64,000 nucleotides of DNA from Opitutia bacterium (GCA_038110535.1 JAYNJW010000008.1:1446-65445); one strand, 5' to 3'. Numbered from the stretch's first letter, positions 45,817 to 56,381 are shown. Made by a program: numbers and translations. Notes: generated by a model from the sequence alone, not told the origin.

Positions 45817-46720
45817 AATTTTTTCCGCGGCATTGCTGGGAGGAGCGGTTACTTATTATGTAATGAACCAGGACGCGTTCGAGTCACTGGACGATCGTCT
45901 GCTCGCCGAAACAAAAAGATTAAAACAAGTGGAGTTATTAATTGAGGAAGAGTCCAATGCAAGTGAGGCAAATATGACTGATTTACTGAAAATTAACCGA
46001 GAATACCGCAAAGAACTTGAGCTATTGGAAGAGAATAGCGAAGGAGCGAGAGACGAGTTAAGTTTCCTGCTTCCCAAAATTAAAAGTCTAAAAGAGCAGT
46101 TAAGCACTGCGGAACAGGAACTTAGGGCAGAGGAAGAGAAAATAAACCAAGTTAAACTTAAAACAGCTGCGGAGAAGGATAAATTGCCAGCATTAGCAAA
46201 TCAGAAAGAAGATGCCCTGGCAAAGTTGAATGAGGTTTCGCAATTTCATGCTAGTGCTGAAGAGAACTGGAGAAGGCTGGATCAGAACTTTTCTTCCCTA
46301 AGCCGGGTCAGGGAGACTGCTCGGGAAACTTACACGAATGCAAAAAATCCCTTGATGGAAGAAATTATCCGTCCATTTGAGGTTTTTTATGGAGATTCAA
46401 TTGAGGTGCAAATTGATAGCGTTTCGAGGAAAGAAAAAGGATTTTTTATCAAACTCGGTTTAGAGAAAGGAATCCGTTCAGGCTTTGTCTTTCTTATCCA
46501 AAAAGATGAGAATTGGTATGAGATGCCCGAGTTTGTGATCTGTTCATTAGCGGAAAAAAACTATTCATTTTTAAAAATGATTCAGGTAAAGGAAGGAAGA
46601 AATCCCTCATCTTTTCAAGTTGGAGAAAAACTAACCTTGATCCGTTCGGCAGAATTAACTAATGCTATCGATTCTTCCAATTTTAACAACGAGAAGACCC
46701 TATCCCAAACCGATCTTTAA
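45797..46720 (+). CDS. bitopic coiled-coil protein with small C-terminal beta-rich domain (copy 2)
   Basis: The TTG start overlaps the upstream gene by 20 nt. TM (LLFRIFSAALLGGAVTYYV), long coiled coil, and C-terminal GDSIEVQIDSVSRKEKGFFIKLGLEKGIRSGFVFLI domain. Same architecture as 44971-45816. Confidence 0.65.
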   Translation: MISLLFRIFSAALLGGAVTYYVMNQDAFESLDDRLLAETKRLKQVELLIEEESNASEANMTDLLKINREYRKELELLEENSEGARDELSFLLPKIKSLKEQLSTAEQELRAEEEKINQVKLKTAAEKDKLPALANQKEDALAKLNEVSQFHASAEENWRRLDQNFSSLSRVRETARETYTNAKNPLMEEIIRPFEVFYGDSIEVQIDSVSRKEKGFFIKLGLEKGIRSGFVFLIQKDENWYEMPEFVICSLAEKNYSFLKMIQVKEGRNPSSFQVGEKLTLIRSAELTNAIDSSNFNNEKTLSQTDL

Positions 46721-46731
46721 AAACCGATCCT

Positions 46732-47343
46732 ATGAGTTCCCCAGATTCTGAGCAGATTACTGATGAAGCTTTAGCTTCTAGCATATCTGACGATGGAAGA
46801 CTTTCCTCCGATGCTTTTGCGGGAGAAGAAGAAGGAATTGTAGAGGCTGGCATTCCACCTCCAACCCATGACTCATCCGATGATACCGAGTTAGATGAGG
46901 AGGTTTTTTCCGCGGATGATTTTGATTCGGATATGTTGGCTGATCCCAAGGCTGAGCCTGCCTCTGCCCAACCAGCCTTGGAGGAACCTCCCCTTGAAGG
47001 TGTAGGGGAAGTTCCTGCTCCTCTTGATGAAGTTTCCCAGACCGTAAAAAAGCCGGTTACGAATTTACCCGATGGGGAAGTTGCGGAGTTTCGCAAAACA
47101 TTATCTGCACTTTCTCGACAACTTGAAATTGACCGACTTACTTTCTTATACCAACAACTTCAGGCCGACGGGAACGAATTACCACCTCTGGAACGAATTG
47201 CATCCGATATCAAAGGGGATGCAACCCTGCACCCGTTGGGAGACCAAGATCTGTATTCCAAGAGACCTTTGGCTAGGTTGCAGGGATGGATATCCGGACT
47301 TTCTTTTGGAGTCGGGCGTCGGGCCAAGAAATTTTCCCGTTAA
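46732..47343 (+). CDS. acidic, probably disordered protein with helical C-terminal third
   Basis: 203 aa. The N-terminal 110 aa are rich in Asp/Glu/Ser/Pro. The C-terminus (FRKTLSALSRQLEIDRLTFLYQQLQ...) looks structured and ends in a basic tail. Confidence 0.55.
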   Translation: MSSPDSEQITDEALASSISDDGRLSSDAFAGEEEGIVEAGIPPPTHDSSDDTELDEEVFSADDFDSDMLADPKAEPASAQPALEEPPLEGVGEVPAPLDEVSQTVKKPVTNLPDGEVAEFRKTLSALSRQLEIDRLTFLYQQLQADGNELPPLERIASDIKGDATLHPLGDQDLYSKRPLARLQGWISGLSFGVGRRAKKFSR

Positions 47344-47363
47344 TTTCTCCCTCACGAAGGGAA

Positions 47364-48107
47364 ATGAAGAAGGGTTGTGATTATTCAGTCATCATTCCAG
47401 CTCATAATGAAGCAGAATATTTACCTGCAACCTTGGAGGCACTAGAGCAAGCAGGAAACGACTTACTATACCTAAATGGAGAGTGCATTGTGGTTGATAA
47501 CCAATGTACAGATGCCACCCCTGAGGTGGCAAAGAGGTTTGGTTGCAGAGTGGTGCAAGAACCAGTCCGTCAAATTTCCAAGGTTCGAAATACAGGAGCT
47601 GGAGCTGCTCATGGTACTTACCTGATCTTTGTGGATGCGGATACGATCGTGCCATCCTCCACTTTTAGTCAGGCTCTACAAGCATTAGAAAGTGGTGAGT
47701 TCGCGTGTGGGGGAGCAAGGCTGAGCTTTGATCAAAATTACGGAAGGTGGTTTTCTGGTAAATGCCTCCCTGCATTGTGGAACTTTATTTCTGCGAAGTT
47801 ACACTTGTTTGCGGGAAGTTTTATTTTTTGCAGGAGTGAATTGTTTTTTCAATGTGGTGGATTTCCAGAGACACATTATGCGGGGGAAGAAATTATTCTT
47901 TCAAAAAAACTAAAAAGAGCGTGCAAAAAGAGTGGGAAAAAGACCTTGGTTATTTCCTCGCCCTCGGTGATCTCATCAGCCAGAAAATTATTGTGGTATA
48001 GTGACTGGTCGATCCTGAAAATGATTCTTCCACTAGTCGGAATTCCTTTTTTTTTGAGAAGTCACCAAGCCTGCAGGTTTTGGTATAAACGACCAACAAA
48101 GGATTGA
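47364..48107 (+). CDS. family 2 glycosyltransferase
   Basis: YSVIIPAHNEAEYLPATLEAL, VVDNQCTD and FVDADT (DxD). ATG at 47364 preceded by GAAGGGAA. Confidence 0.88.
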   Translation: MKKGCDYSVIIPAHNEAEYLPATLEALEQAGNDLLYLNGECIVVDNQCTDATPEVAKRFGCRVVQEPVRQISKVRNTGAGAAHGTYLIFVDADTIVPSSTFSQALQALESGEFACGGARLSFDQNYGRWFSGKCLPALWNFISAKLHLFAGSFIFCRSELFFQCGGFPETHYAGEEIILSKKLKRACKKSGKKTLVISSPSVISSARKLLWYSDWSILKMILPLVGIPFFLRSHQACRFWYKRPTKD

Positions 48108-48110
48108 TTT

Positions 48111-48656
48111 TTGGTCAATCTTTGCATTGTAATGATATTTGCTATGTTGGCGGAGGTTTCAAAATATGCGTTTTTGCTAGTGGTTGCCCTGGCCTTTTGC
48201 TCGTGTGGTAGGAAAATATCTCATTCAACCCAAGATAAGCTTGAGGGTACTTCTCCAAGCGGCCGACCACCTGCCTATGTGCAAAAGGCATGGGATGCCC
48301 GTTATTCCTACGATGCGGATCGCAGACTTCTTGTTCCCCAATATGCTGGTTCAAGATGGGGTGCGGTCCAGCAATATAAGGAGGAAGGCGAACTAGTTTA
48401 CCAGGATTGGTGGATCAGGGATGTTCGATCCGAGGATCTCGAGGCATCTCCCGATACTACGATCACATCCTTTCTTAATGAGGATGGAAACCTGACCCTG
48501 ATCCCTCAAGAGTCAGAGGATCCGTTTGCGGAGGCAAATAACACGGGAGACGAGGCAGCGAATGCTATCGATCCTGAGACAGATGAGGCAGAATTCCCTC
48601 CATCTCTAGGCGAATCAGAGGACCCTTTTGTTCCCTCTCCTTTTTCTCCCTTTTGA
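48111..48656 (+). CDS. lipoprotein of unknown function (AWDARYSY family, copy 2)
   Basis: Lipobox LAFCSC, AWDARYSY at 48288-48311, and an acidic tail ending in AEFPPS...DPFVPSPFSPF. The start may be ATG at 48132 or 48144 instead of TTG at 48111. Confidence 0.7.
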   Translation: MVNLCIVMIFAMLAEVSKYAFLLVVALAFCSCGRKISHSTQDKLEGTSPSGRPPAYVQKAWDARYSYDADRRLLVPQYAGSRWGAVQQYKEEGELVYQDWWIRDVRSEDLEASPDTTITSFLNEDGNLTLIPQESEDPFAEANNTGDEAANAIDPETDEAEFPPSLGESEDPFVPSPFSPF

Positions 48657-48661
48657 TGTTT

Positions 48662-49045
48662 CTAGTATTTTTTGATCTCCCCAATCGAGGCAAATAAAGG
48701 GGGTGGTTCATAATCGTCCTCATCCGTTCGCTCTGGTGGAGAAGGTGCGGTTTTGAGATTTGGTAAAGTGCGTGGCGCATGCTTGGTTGGGGGAAAAGAA
48801 GGAGAGGGGTGAGTTTTGGGTCTCGAGATAGTGGATTGGGAAGGATTAAGTTTTTTCCTCGATCCCTTTTTTTGGTTTAAGGCACCCACAGATCGAAGCC
48901 ATACCCGCCCGACCAGAATATCATCATCGTCATTGATGAATTCCCGGAGTTGTTCCCATTTAATTTTGGCAAAACATCCAGCCCCCTTGGTTTTGCCGCT
49001 GCCAATTTTCCGAGGCGTTCCATCTTTATTTAAGGTTACTCCCAT
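48662..49045 (-). CDS. hypothetical basic/Pro-rich protein
   Basis: 127-aa ORF with a Lys/Gly-rich N-terminus (KDGTPRKIGSGKTKGAG) and a Pro-rich C-terminal half. Convergent with the lipoprotein gene (5-nt gap). No recognised family. Confidence 0.45.
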   Translation of the reverse strand: MGVTLNKDGTPRKIGSGKTKGAGCFAKIKWEQLREFINDDDDILVGRVWLRSVGALNQKKGSRKKLNPSQSTISRPKTHPSPSFPPTKHAPRTLPNLKTAPSPPERTDEDDYEPPPLFASIGEIKKY

Positions 49046-49109
49046 ATTTAAAACCTGGTTATTGAAATTAGGAGTGAGGAAGAAATCAACCTATCTTTTT
49101 CCCAAAACT

Positions 49110-50690
49110 TTACCTTGGGGAATTTGGGGAACTGAATAAGTCATCAAGCGGGTGGCCGGATCCTTCACGAATGAAAGAAGTTGGGTCATTAGCGGACAGA
49201 CTTTCGAGGATTTTGAACACCCAGTCAGATTGCTCGGGCATGCCCAAATGTTGGGCCAAGTCTGAAGCACTGACGGGACTGTCGGGATGGGCCAACATCC
49301 AAGCCCTTATTTCTTTGCGAACTGTCAGGACTTTGGCAGCCGCTTTTTTTCCTGCTTCCACGCCCGGTTGGTGGTAGGCATTGATCTGAATCATGGTGGC
49401 ATAATAACCAACCGCACGTTCATAAAGGGCGATGAGCATCCCAACGGAAAATGCATTGACTTCCTTCACTGTCAAAGTGATGGAATGGCGCTCTTTTTCC
49501 CGTAGGGCGTCCCGGGTACCAAGGAAAAAACCATGCAAATAATCTCCGCTGTTCATTCCTTCCTCGTCCACCTCAATCGAGGGGCCTTGGCGGTGCTTCA
49601 AAACTTCTATGAAGGTAGCGAAAAAATTGGGTATGCCTTCTCGTAGTTGCTGAACATAAGCATGTTGATCGGTGGAACCTTTGTTTCCATAGACCGCAAT
49701 TCCTTGGTTGACCAGATTCCCATGTAAATCTCTTTCTTTGCCCAGAGACTCCATGATCAATTGTTGCAAGTACTTGGCAAAGAGCTCAAGCCTGTCTTTG
49801 TATGGTAGGATAACCATATCTTTCTCACCCTTACCCTTGCTCAAATAAAACCAACTCAGGGCCAGCATCATCGCTGGATTCCCAAGAGTTTCAGCGGAGC
49901 GGGTAAGTTCGTCCATGCGCGCGGCTCCGTCCAACAACTGATCGATATCGAATCCTTGCAAGGCGGCGGGCAACATGCCCACCGCAGCGGTTTCACTGGT
50001 TCTGCCACCCACCCAGTCCCACATGGGAAAAAAGTCCAACCAATTTTCCTGCTGGGCAGTTTCATAAAGCTTACTTCCATCACCAGTCACAGCAATGGCT
50101 TGTTTGCTAAAGTCTAAGCCGCACTGCTCAAATGCATGCTTTGCCTCAATCATTCCGTTCCGGGTTTCGGGAGTGCCTCCGGATTTTGAAATTACCAAGA
50201 CCAGAGTAGTGGCCAACCGCTCCCCGATTTGGGATAAAGTGAAGTCGATCCCATCTGGGTCGGTGTTGTCAAAAAAATGGGCCCTGAGATCGTCTCCGGA
50301 AGATTTTGCTAAGGCTTTGCCCACAAACTGGGGTCCAAGGGCAGAGCCCCCAATCCCAATGACTAAAAGATCAGTAAAAGGACCGCTGGGACTGCATAAT
50401 TTGCCTTCCTTTACCCGGGCGGCACACTGTTTCACCCGCTCGAGAGTTGTGCGAATATCTTTTGCAATGTCAGGACTGGGCGATAGCTCAGGCTTGCGCA
50501 ACCAATAGTGACCGACCATTCTTCCCTCATCGGGATTGGCCACGGCTCCTGATTCCAGTTCTTGCATCTGGGTTCGGGCAGAATCTATGATTTCTTGGTT
50601 TTGGGTTAGGTAATCATCCGGGAAACCGACCAGCCTGAAATCAGAGGCAAAGCCTAATTCAGGAAAACTTTGGTAATACAATTTATTCAT
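49110..50690 (-). CDS. pgi: glucose-6-phosphate isomerase
   Basis: 526 aa. GIGGSALGPQF, VISKSGGTPET and GGRTSETAAVG motifs of the PGI family. Confidence 0.95.
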   Translation of the reverse strand: MNKLYYQSFPELGFASDFRLVGFPDDYLTQNQEIIDSARTQMQELESGAVANPDEGRMVGHYWLRKPELSPSPDIAKDIRTTLERVKQCAARVKEGKLCSPSGPFTDLLVIGIGGSALGPQFVGKALAKSSGDDLRAHFFDNTDPDGIDFTLSQIGERLATTLVLVISKSGGTPETRNGMIEAKHAFEQCGLDFSKQAIAVTGDGSKLYETAQQENWLDFFPMWDWVGGRTSETAAVGMLPAALQGFDIDQLLDGAARMDELTRSAETLGNPAMMLALSWFYLSKGKGEKDMVILPYKDRLELFAKYLQQLIMESLGKERDLHGNLVNQGIAVYGNKGSTDQHAYVQQLREGIPNFFATFIEVLKHRQGPSIEVDEEGMNSGDYLHGFFLGTRDALREKERHSITLTVKEVNAFSVGMLIALYERAVGYYATMIQINAYHQPGVEAGKKAAAKVLTVRKEIRAWMLAHPDSPVSASDLAQHLGMPEQSDWVFKILESLSANDPTSFIREGSGHPLDDLFSSPNSPR

Positions 50691-50715
50691 AATCTGAGTT
50701 TGTAAATTGGAGGTA

Positions 50716-52398
50716 TTAGTGAGTGACTGCTCCCAAAGAGGCAGAGCTTACCAATTTGGCATACTTGGCAAGTACCCCTCTTTTTACTTTGGGTTCTGGG
50801 CACTTCCATGCTTGCTGACGCCTGGAGATTTCTTCCTCTGGCAAGTCAAGGGTGAGGAGGTTGTTCTCGGCATCAATGGTGATGGGGTCACCGTCTATCA
50901 GTAATCCAATCAATCCACCCACGGCAGCTTCTGGGGTCACATGACCGACCACAAACCCATGGCTGCCTCCCGAAAATCGCCCGTCGGTAATGAGAGCCAC
51001 TTCTTTGCCCAAGCCTTTGCCCATAATCGCAGAAGTGGGAGAGAGCATTTCCCGCATCCCTGGTCCTCCCACTGGTCCTTCATTACGAATAACCACCACA
51101 TTGCCCGCTTTTACTTCTCCATCAAGAATCCCCCGCAGTGCAGTTTCCTCAGATTCGAAGACGAGGGCAGAACCGGAAAATTTCAGCCCCTCCTTGCCCG
51201 TAATTTTTGCCACGGCACCAGCGGATGCCAGGTTGCCGTAAAGAATGCGCAAATGGCTGTCCTTTTTGATAGGGTCCTCAAACGGACGGACCAAGTCCTG
51301 CCCGGATGGATAGGGAGCATAAGGTTGTGCGTCAGCAACATTTTCCGCGAGGGTCTTGCCCGTAACCGTCATGCAATCACCATGCAGTAATCCTTGTTCT
51401 AAGAGAGTCTTGAGCAAGGGGCGAAGTCCGCCAATGCGGACAAAGTGGGACATATTATATTTCCCGCTTGGTTTGAGATCACATAAGACAGGGACTCTTT
51501 TGCCAATCTCGGTAAAATCATCCAGCGATAGCGGGATTTCGGCTTCATGAGCCATGGCCAGAAGGTGCAAAACTGCATTGGTTGAACCACCCAGGGTAAT
51601 GACCACTGTGATTGCATTTTCAAAAGCTTCGCGGGTCATAATATCTCGTGGCCGGATATTTTTTTCAATTAAGTTCACTACCGCCTTCCCCGCGGCTTTT
51701 GCATCAGCTCTTTTTTCTTCCGAAACGGCAAGCTGGGCTGAACTATCAGGCAGGCTCATGCCAAGGGCTTCAATCGCAGAGGACATTGTGTTGGCCGTGT
51801 ACATTCCCCCGCAGGAACCAGGACCGGGAATGGCTTTCTTTTCAATCTCGGTCAATTCCTCGTGAGGAATTTTTCCGGAAGCATGAGCCCCGACAGCTTC
51901 AAAGACGGAGACAATATCGAGATTTTTTTCTTTGTGGATTCCAGGCAGAATGGTTCCACCATAAACAAAAATTCCCGGACGATTGAGCCGGGCCAGGGCC
52001 ATAATACAGGCTGGCATGTTTTTATCACAGCCTCCAATGGTCACAAGCCCGTCCATTCCTTCCGCCCCCACCACCGTTTCAATTGAGTCGGCAATAACCT
52101 CGCGGGAAACCAGGGAGTACCTCATCCCTGGGGTTCCCATACTAATTCCATCGGATACGGTGATCGTGCCAAAAGGCACGGCTTTCCCTCCGTTTTGATC
52201 GACACCCAAAACGGACATCTTTCCAAGCTCGTCCAAATGGGCATTGCAGGGTGTCACCATACTCCAAGCCGAGCACACCGCCACTTGCGGTTTTTGAAAA
52301 TCTTCGTCCTCAAAACCAACCGCCCGTAGCATCGATCGGTTGGGGGCACGATCATCACCATCTACAACGATGGAAGAAAAATTTCGATTACAGCTCAT
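50716..52398 (-). CDS. ilvD: dihydroxy-acid dehydratase
   Basis: 560 aa. [19 protein letters not shown] and [24 protein letters not shown] motifs. Confidence 0.96.
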   Translation of the reverse strand: MSCNRNFSSIVVDGDDRAPNRSMLRAVGFEDEDFQKPQVAVCSAWSMVTPCNAHLDELGKMSVLGVDQNGGKAVPFGTITVSDGISMGTPGMRYSLVSREVIADSIETVVGAEGMDGLVTIGGCDKNMPACIMALARLNRPGIFVYGGTILPGIHKEKNLDIVSVFEAVGAHASGKIPHEELTEIEKKAIPGPGSCGGMYTANTMSSAIEALGMSLPDSSAQLAVSEEKRADAKAAGKAVVNLIEKNIRPRDIMTREAFENAITVVITLGGSTNAVLHLLAMAHEAEIPLSLDDFTEIGKRVPVLCDLKPSGKYNMSHFVRIGGLRPLLKTLLEQGLLHGDCMTVTGKTLAENVADAQPYAPYPSGQDLVRPFEDPIKKDSHLRILYGNLASAGAVAKITGKEGLKFSGSALVFESEETALRGILDGEVKAGNVVVIRNEGPVGGPGMREMLSPTSAIMGKGLGKEVALITDGRFSGGSHGFVVGHVTPEAAVGGLIGLLIDGDPITIDAENNLLTLDLPEEEISRRQQAWKCPEPKVKRGVLAKYAKLVSSASLGAVTH

Positions 52399-52502
52399 AC
52401 TTTAGATATATAGATATTTTTCGTTGTGGAAACCTTCGATATGCGGTTGCATCTTAAGCATGGGTATAGCATAAGTTTCCGATTGTTTTTTAGTGATAGG
52501 TT

Positions 52503-53582
52503 TTGAATAAAAGTAAACTAGAATCCCTAAGGGAAGAGATCGATCAAATCGACTCAGAAATCGTAAGTTTATTAAACTTGCGAGTGGGCAAGGCATGTGA
52601 AATTGGAAAAATAAAAAAACTTTCCGGAATCGATCCCTATGATCCTGCACGGGAGGAACAGGTCTTTGCAAAACTTTCTGGCTACAGTGACGGACCTTTG
52701 GGCGATATCTCACTCCGGGCAGTGTTTCGCGAGATCATTTCCGCGTCCATTGCCCTCGAAAAAGATCTGGTAATTGGATACCTTGGCCCAGAAGCGACCT
52801 ACACCCATCAGGCCGCAGTCAAGAATTTTGGTTCCGGATTGGAGTACCGGCCCTTGCCCGACATTCCCGATGTGTTTGCCTCGGTGAAAAGTGGGCATTG
52901 CGATTATGGGGTGGTGCCAATCGAGAATTCAACCGAGGGAGCAGTCAACCGCTCGCTTGATCTATTGGTCGATACAGAACTTACCATCATTGCCCAAGTG
53001 TTTTTACGGGTGCGTCATTGTTTATTCAGCCAATCCTCCATTCCAGAAATTATGGAGGTTCGATCCAAGGACCAAGCCCTTGCTCAGTGTTCAGACTGGT
53101 TGCGCACCTACCTGCCTCATGCCCGTCTCGTTCCGGTTAGTAGCACGGCGGAAGCTGTGAAAGAGTGCTCCCTGGGAAAGGGAGTGGCCGCTATTGCCGG
53201 TGAGTTGGCTGGAAGTTTGTATGAAGTGCCCATGCTTGAGGCAGGCATTCAGGACCGGTCTGACAATGTCACCCGTTTTCTGGTAGTCGCCCGTCAACCT
53301 TTGCCCATGCGTGATGGCGTGACTTACCGCACCAGCCTGGTCATGTCGCTCAAGGATGAGGTCGGGGCTTTGCAAAATGCTCTAAAACCCTTTTCCGACC
53401 GTGGGATCAATCTTTGCAAAATCGAGTCCAGACCGAGCAAGCGTAAATCATGGGATTATTTTTTCTTTGTCGATTTCATCGGGCATCCGGAAGATGCCGA
53501 GGTTTCCGGGGCAATAAATGACTTACAAAGAGCCTGTGCTTTTTCTCGTCTGCTGGGAAGTTATCCGGAATCAGATTCTTAG
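52503..53582 (+). CDS. pheA: bifunctional chorismate mutase / prephenate dehydratase (P-protein)
   Basis: N-terminal CM (LREEIDQIDSEIVSLLNLR), PDT core (YLGPEATYTHQAA, IENSTEGAV, TRFLVV) and C-terminal ACT (ESRPSK). TTG start. Confidence 0.93.
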   Translation: MNKSKLESLREEIDQIDSEIVSLLNLRVGKACEIGKIKKLSGIDPYDPAREEQVFAKLSGYSDGPLGDISLRAVFREIISASIALEKDLVIGYLGPEATYTHQAAVKNFGSGLEYRPLPDIPDVFASVKSGHCDYGVVPIENSTEGAVNRSLDLLVDTELTIIAQVFLRVRHCLFSQSSIPEIMEVRSKDQALAQCSDWLRTYLPHARLVPVSSTAEAVKECSLGKGVAAIAGELAGSLYEVPMLEAGIQDRSDNVTRFLVVARQPLPMRDGVTYRTSLVMSLKDEVGALQNALKPFSDRGINLCKIESRPSKRKSWDYFFFVDFIGHPEDAEVSGAINDLQRACAFSRLLGSYPESDS

Positions 53583-54001
53583 AAGAAAAGAACCGAAAGA
53601 TCCTGATTTTTGCGGGCATTTCTTACCACTAGAGCTTCAATGAACTGTCGGAGTTCGAGGTATCGCTGTTCGCTCTTTGCAGTCCATCTTTTTTTGCCCC
53701 CTTTGAGCGATTCCCGCAAGCCAGACACCAAAAGAAGCCCGGTCATTGATTCCTGAATTGATCGGACAAAATCGAGCACAGATGCATGCACCCAAAGGGG
53801 GTCGATCAAATGATGCCGGGCATTCCAATGGACATGGCGAAGATTTCGCTTATTGGGAAAGTGAAAGCGTACGACTTGCTCGATACAATGCTCAAAAGAC
53901 TGCACCGACATCCTGTCTTTGCCATCATTTTCCCGCATGAATGACAAAGTTCTTTGCAACTGCATGGTCTCCTCGGGTGAGGAAACACTGCCCATTACCA
54001 T
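53579..54001 (-). CDS. hypothetical protein
   Basis: 141 aa from the ATG at 54001. The track ORF runs to 54157 but that part overlaps nrdR. Its stop codon overlaps the pheA stop (TTAG). No recognised motif. Confidence 0.45.
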   Translation of the reverse strand: MVMGSVSSPEETMQLQRTLSFMRENDGKDRMSVQSFEHCIEQVVRFHFPNKRNLRHVHWNARHHLIDPLWVHASVLDFVRSIQESMTGLLLVSGLRESLKGGKKRWTAKSEQRYLELRQFIEALVVRNARKNQDLSVLFF

Positions 54002-54044
54002 AAATAATGAGTTTAAGTTTTGCAGTCTGGTGTAGTCGTCCTTT

Positions 54045-54518
54045 TTACCCGCCGCTGTTTTCACCTTTCCTTTCCCCACCCAGGTACAAGATTTCCTCGG
54101 CAAACCGAGAGAATTGCGTGAAATCCTCGTAGAAACTAGCGTAGCGAAGCCAGGCAATCGAATCTATGGTGCGCAAACCATGCATTACTGCATCTGCTAT
54201 TGCCCTGCTGGGGAGTTCGTTATCGAACTCGTTTTCGATTCTTCGAAGAGTATCAGACAGCAGAGCATTTATTTGCTCCGCATCGATCGGACGCTTGGCA
54301 ATAGCCCGCCTTAGGCTCATCGCCAATTTTGTTCGATCGAAACATTCCCGGCGATCGTCCCTTTTCACCACCGTGAGGTCCTCGTGCAGGACTTCTTCGA
54401 TCGTGCTGAAACGATGACCGCAGGATTGGCACTCCCTTCTTCTACGCGTTGAAGCAACTTTGCCTGCCCGCGTTTCGAGTACCTTTAAATCAAGGGATGA
54501 ACACTTGGGACACAACAT
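54045..54518 (-). CDS. nrdR: transcriptional repressor NrdR
   Basis: MLCPKCSSLDLKVLETR...CQSCGHRFSTIE zinc ribbon followed by an ATP-cone. Confidence 0.95.
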   Translation of the reverse strand: MLCPKCSSLDLKVLETRAGKVASTRRRRECQSCGHRFSTIEEVLHEDLTVVKRDDRRECFDRTKLAMSLRRAIAKRPIDAEQINALLSDTLRRIENEFDNELPSRAIADAVMHGLRTIDSIAWLRYASFYEDFTQFSRFAEEILYLGGERKGENSGG

Positions 54519-54562
54519 TATTTGCTAACGAGAATTCCACTTACCACACACACAAAAATGTT

Positions 54563-55132
54563 CTAACAATATTTGAGGAAATTGTTCAAGACCATAATTC
54601 CACTATCTGTTGCCAATGACTCCGGATGAAATTGGACGCCCCAAACCGGTAATTCTCGGTGTCTAACCGCCATAATTTCCAGCTCATCCGTCCATGCCGT
54701 TTTCTCCAAAATGTCAGGCAAACTTTCCGGTTCGATAACCAGTGAGTGGTAGCGGGTTGCAGCAAATGGATTGGGTAAATCCGCAAAAATGTCCCTTCCA
54801 GTATGGCGAACGGGAGAGGTTTTTCCATGCATTAATTTTGCGGCCCGCACAATCTTTCCACCATAAGCCTGTCCGATGCACTGGTGGCCCAGGCATACCC
54901 CGAGCAGGGGTTTTTGTCCCGCCCATAACTTGACTGCACCTAAGCTAATGCCCGCCTGATCCGGGGTGCATGGACCGGGGGATAAAACCAATCCGGCAAA
55001 AGGGCTAATATCGATATCTTCAAGCTTGGCTTGGTCGTTTCGCAAGACAGAACAACTTGCCCCTAACTCGCCAAAATACTGAACCAGGTTGTAAGTGAAG
55101 GAATCGTAATTATCAATGACGAGCAGGTTCAC
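54563..55132 (-). CDS. trpG: anthranilate/aminodeoxychorismate synthase glutamine amidotransferase component II
   Basis: [22 protein letters not shown] (catalytic Cys) and GVQFHPES. Confidence 0.93.
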   Translation of the reverse strand: MNLLVIDNYDSFTYNLVQYFGELGASCSVLRNDQAKLEDIDISPFAGLVLSPGPCTPDQAGISLGAVKLWAGQKPLLGVCLGHQCIGQAYGGKIVRAAKLMHGKTSPVRHTGRDIFADLPNPFAATRYHSLVIEPESLPDILEKTAWTDELEIMAVRHRELPVWGVQFHPESLATDSGIMVLNNFLKYC

Positions 55133-55150
55133 AAAAAGATTTTGTTATAC

Positions 55151-56377
55151 TTAGGATCCTTGGTAGCCCTGTTTGCGTGCTCTTTCCATAAGTCGTAAAC
55201 CGTTTAATCGTATAAATCCTCCCGCGTCTTCTGGTCGGTAATCTGACTGGTCCCCCTCCATCGAAGCTACCGCGGTGTCGTAGAGGGAGAATTCCGATTT
55301 TCTACCAACGGTGGTAATATTGCCCTTGTATAATTTCAACCGTACCGTACCACTCACTTTTTTCTGACTTTGATCAATGAATGCCTGAAGTGCCTCACGC
55401 TCTGGAGCAAACCAAAATCCATAATAAATCAATTCGGCATAGCGGGGAATTAAGGAATCTCGCAAATGCATCAGATCCCGGTCCATGGTCAGGGTTTCTA
55501 GCTGGCGGTGTCCATGTAACAATATGGTTCCTCCGGGAGTTTCATAAACGCCACGGCTTTTCATTCCGACAAATCGATTTTCCACCAAATCAACCCGGCC
55601 GATGCCATGTTTTCCGGCAATGGTGTTCAATGCCCGGATGATTTCAGCCGGATTTCCCGGTTTCCCATCGATTGCCACACAGTTGCCTTCTTCAAATGTA
55701 AGCTCAAGGTATTGCGGGTCATCCGGAGCCAATATGGGATCGGTGGTTAATTTAAACATCGATCGGTTCTCCGGCGTGGTCGGGTCAAACCATGGGTCTT
55801 CCAGAATGCCTGCCTCGTAGGAAATGTGCCATAAATTTCTGTCCATTGAGTAGGGTTTGGATGAGCTTGCCTCGACCTCAATCCCATGTTCGCGGCAATA
55901 TTCGATCATTTCAGTGCGGCCCGGGAATCGTTCGCGAAAAGAAGGATCACGCCAGGGGGCAAGAATCTTCAGGTCTGGAGCAAGGGCAGAAAAAGTAAGT
56001 TCAAAGCGGCATTGATCGTTTCCTTTGCCGGTTGCTCCGTGGGCCACCGTATCGGCATTAAATTGCCGGGCTATCTCAATTTGTGCCTTGGCGATAAGGG
56101 GACGGGCAATAGAGGTTCCCAACAAGTATTGGCTCTCATAGACGGCATTACCCCGTGCCATGGGGTAGATGAAGTCGCGGGCGAATTCATCCACCAAATC
56201 AAGGGTGCGGTGGGCTTGTGCGCCTGTAGCCATGGCTTTTTCTTCCAACCCATCCAACTCTTCCTCCTGGCCAACATCTGCACAATAGGTGATAACTTCT
56301 GCCCCATGATGGTGGGCAAACCAGTGAACAAGGACGGAGGTGTCAAGACCTCCAGAATAGGCGAGGATTAATTTCAT
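55151..56377 (-). CDS. argG: argininosuccinate synthase
   Basis: [11 protein letters not shown]-loop, [14 protein letters not shown] and [12 protein letters not shown]. Confidence 0.96.
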   Translation of the reverse strand: MKLILAYSGGLDTSVLVHWFAHHHGAEVITYCADVGQEEELDGLEEKAMATGAQAHRTLDLVDEFARDFIYPMARGNAVYESQYLLGTSIARPLIAKAQIEIARQFNADTVAHGATGKGNDQCRFELTFSALAPDLKILAPWRDPSFRERFPGRTEMIEYCREHGIEVEASSSKPYSMDRNLWHISYEAGILEDPWFDPTTPENRSMFKLTTDPILAPDDPQYLELTFEEGNCVAIDGKPGNPAEIIRALNTIAGKHGIGRVDLVENRFVGMKSRGVYETPGGTILLHGHRQLETLTMDRDLMHLRDSLIPRYAELIYYGFWFAPEREALQAFIDQSQKKVSGTVRLKLYKGNITTVGRKSEFSLYDTAVASMEGDQSDYRPEDAGGFIRLNGLRLMERARKQGYQGS

Positions 56378-56381
56378 TTGA

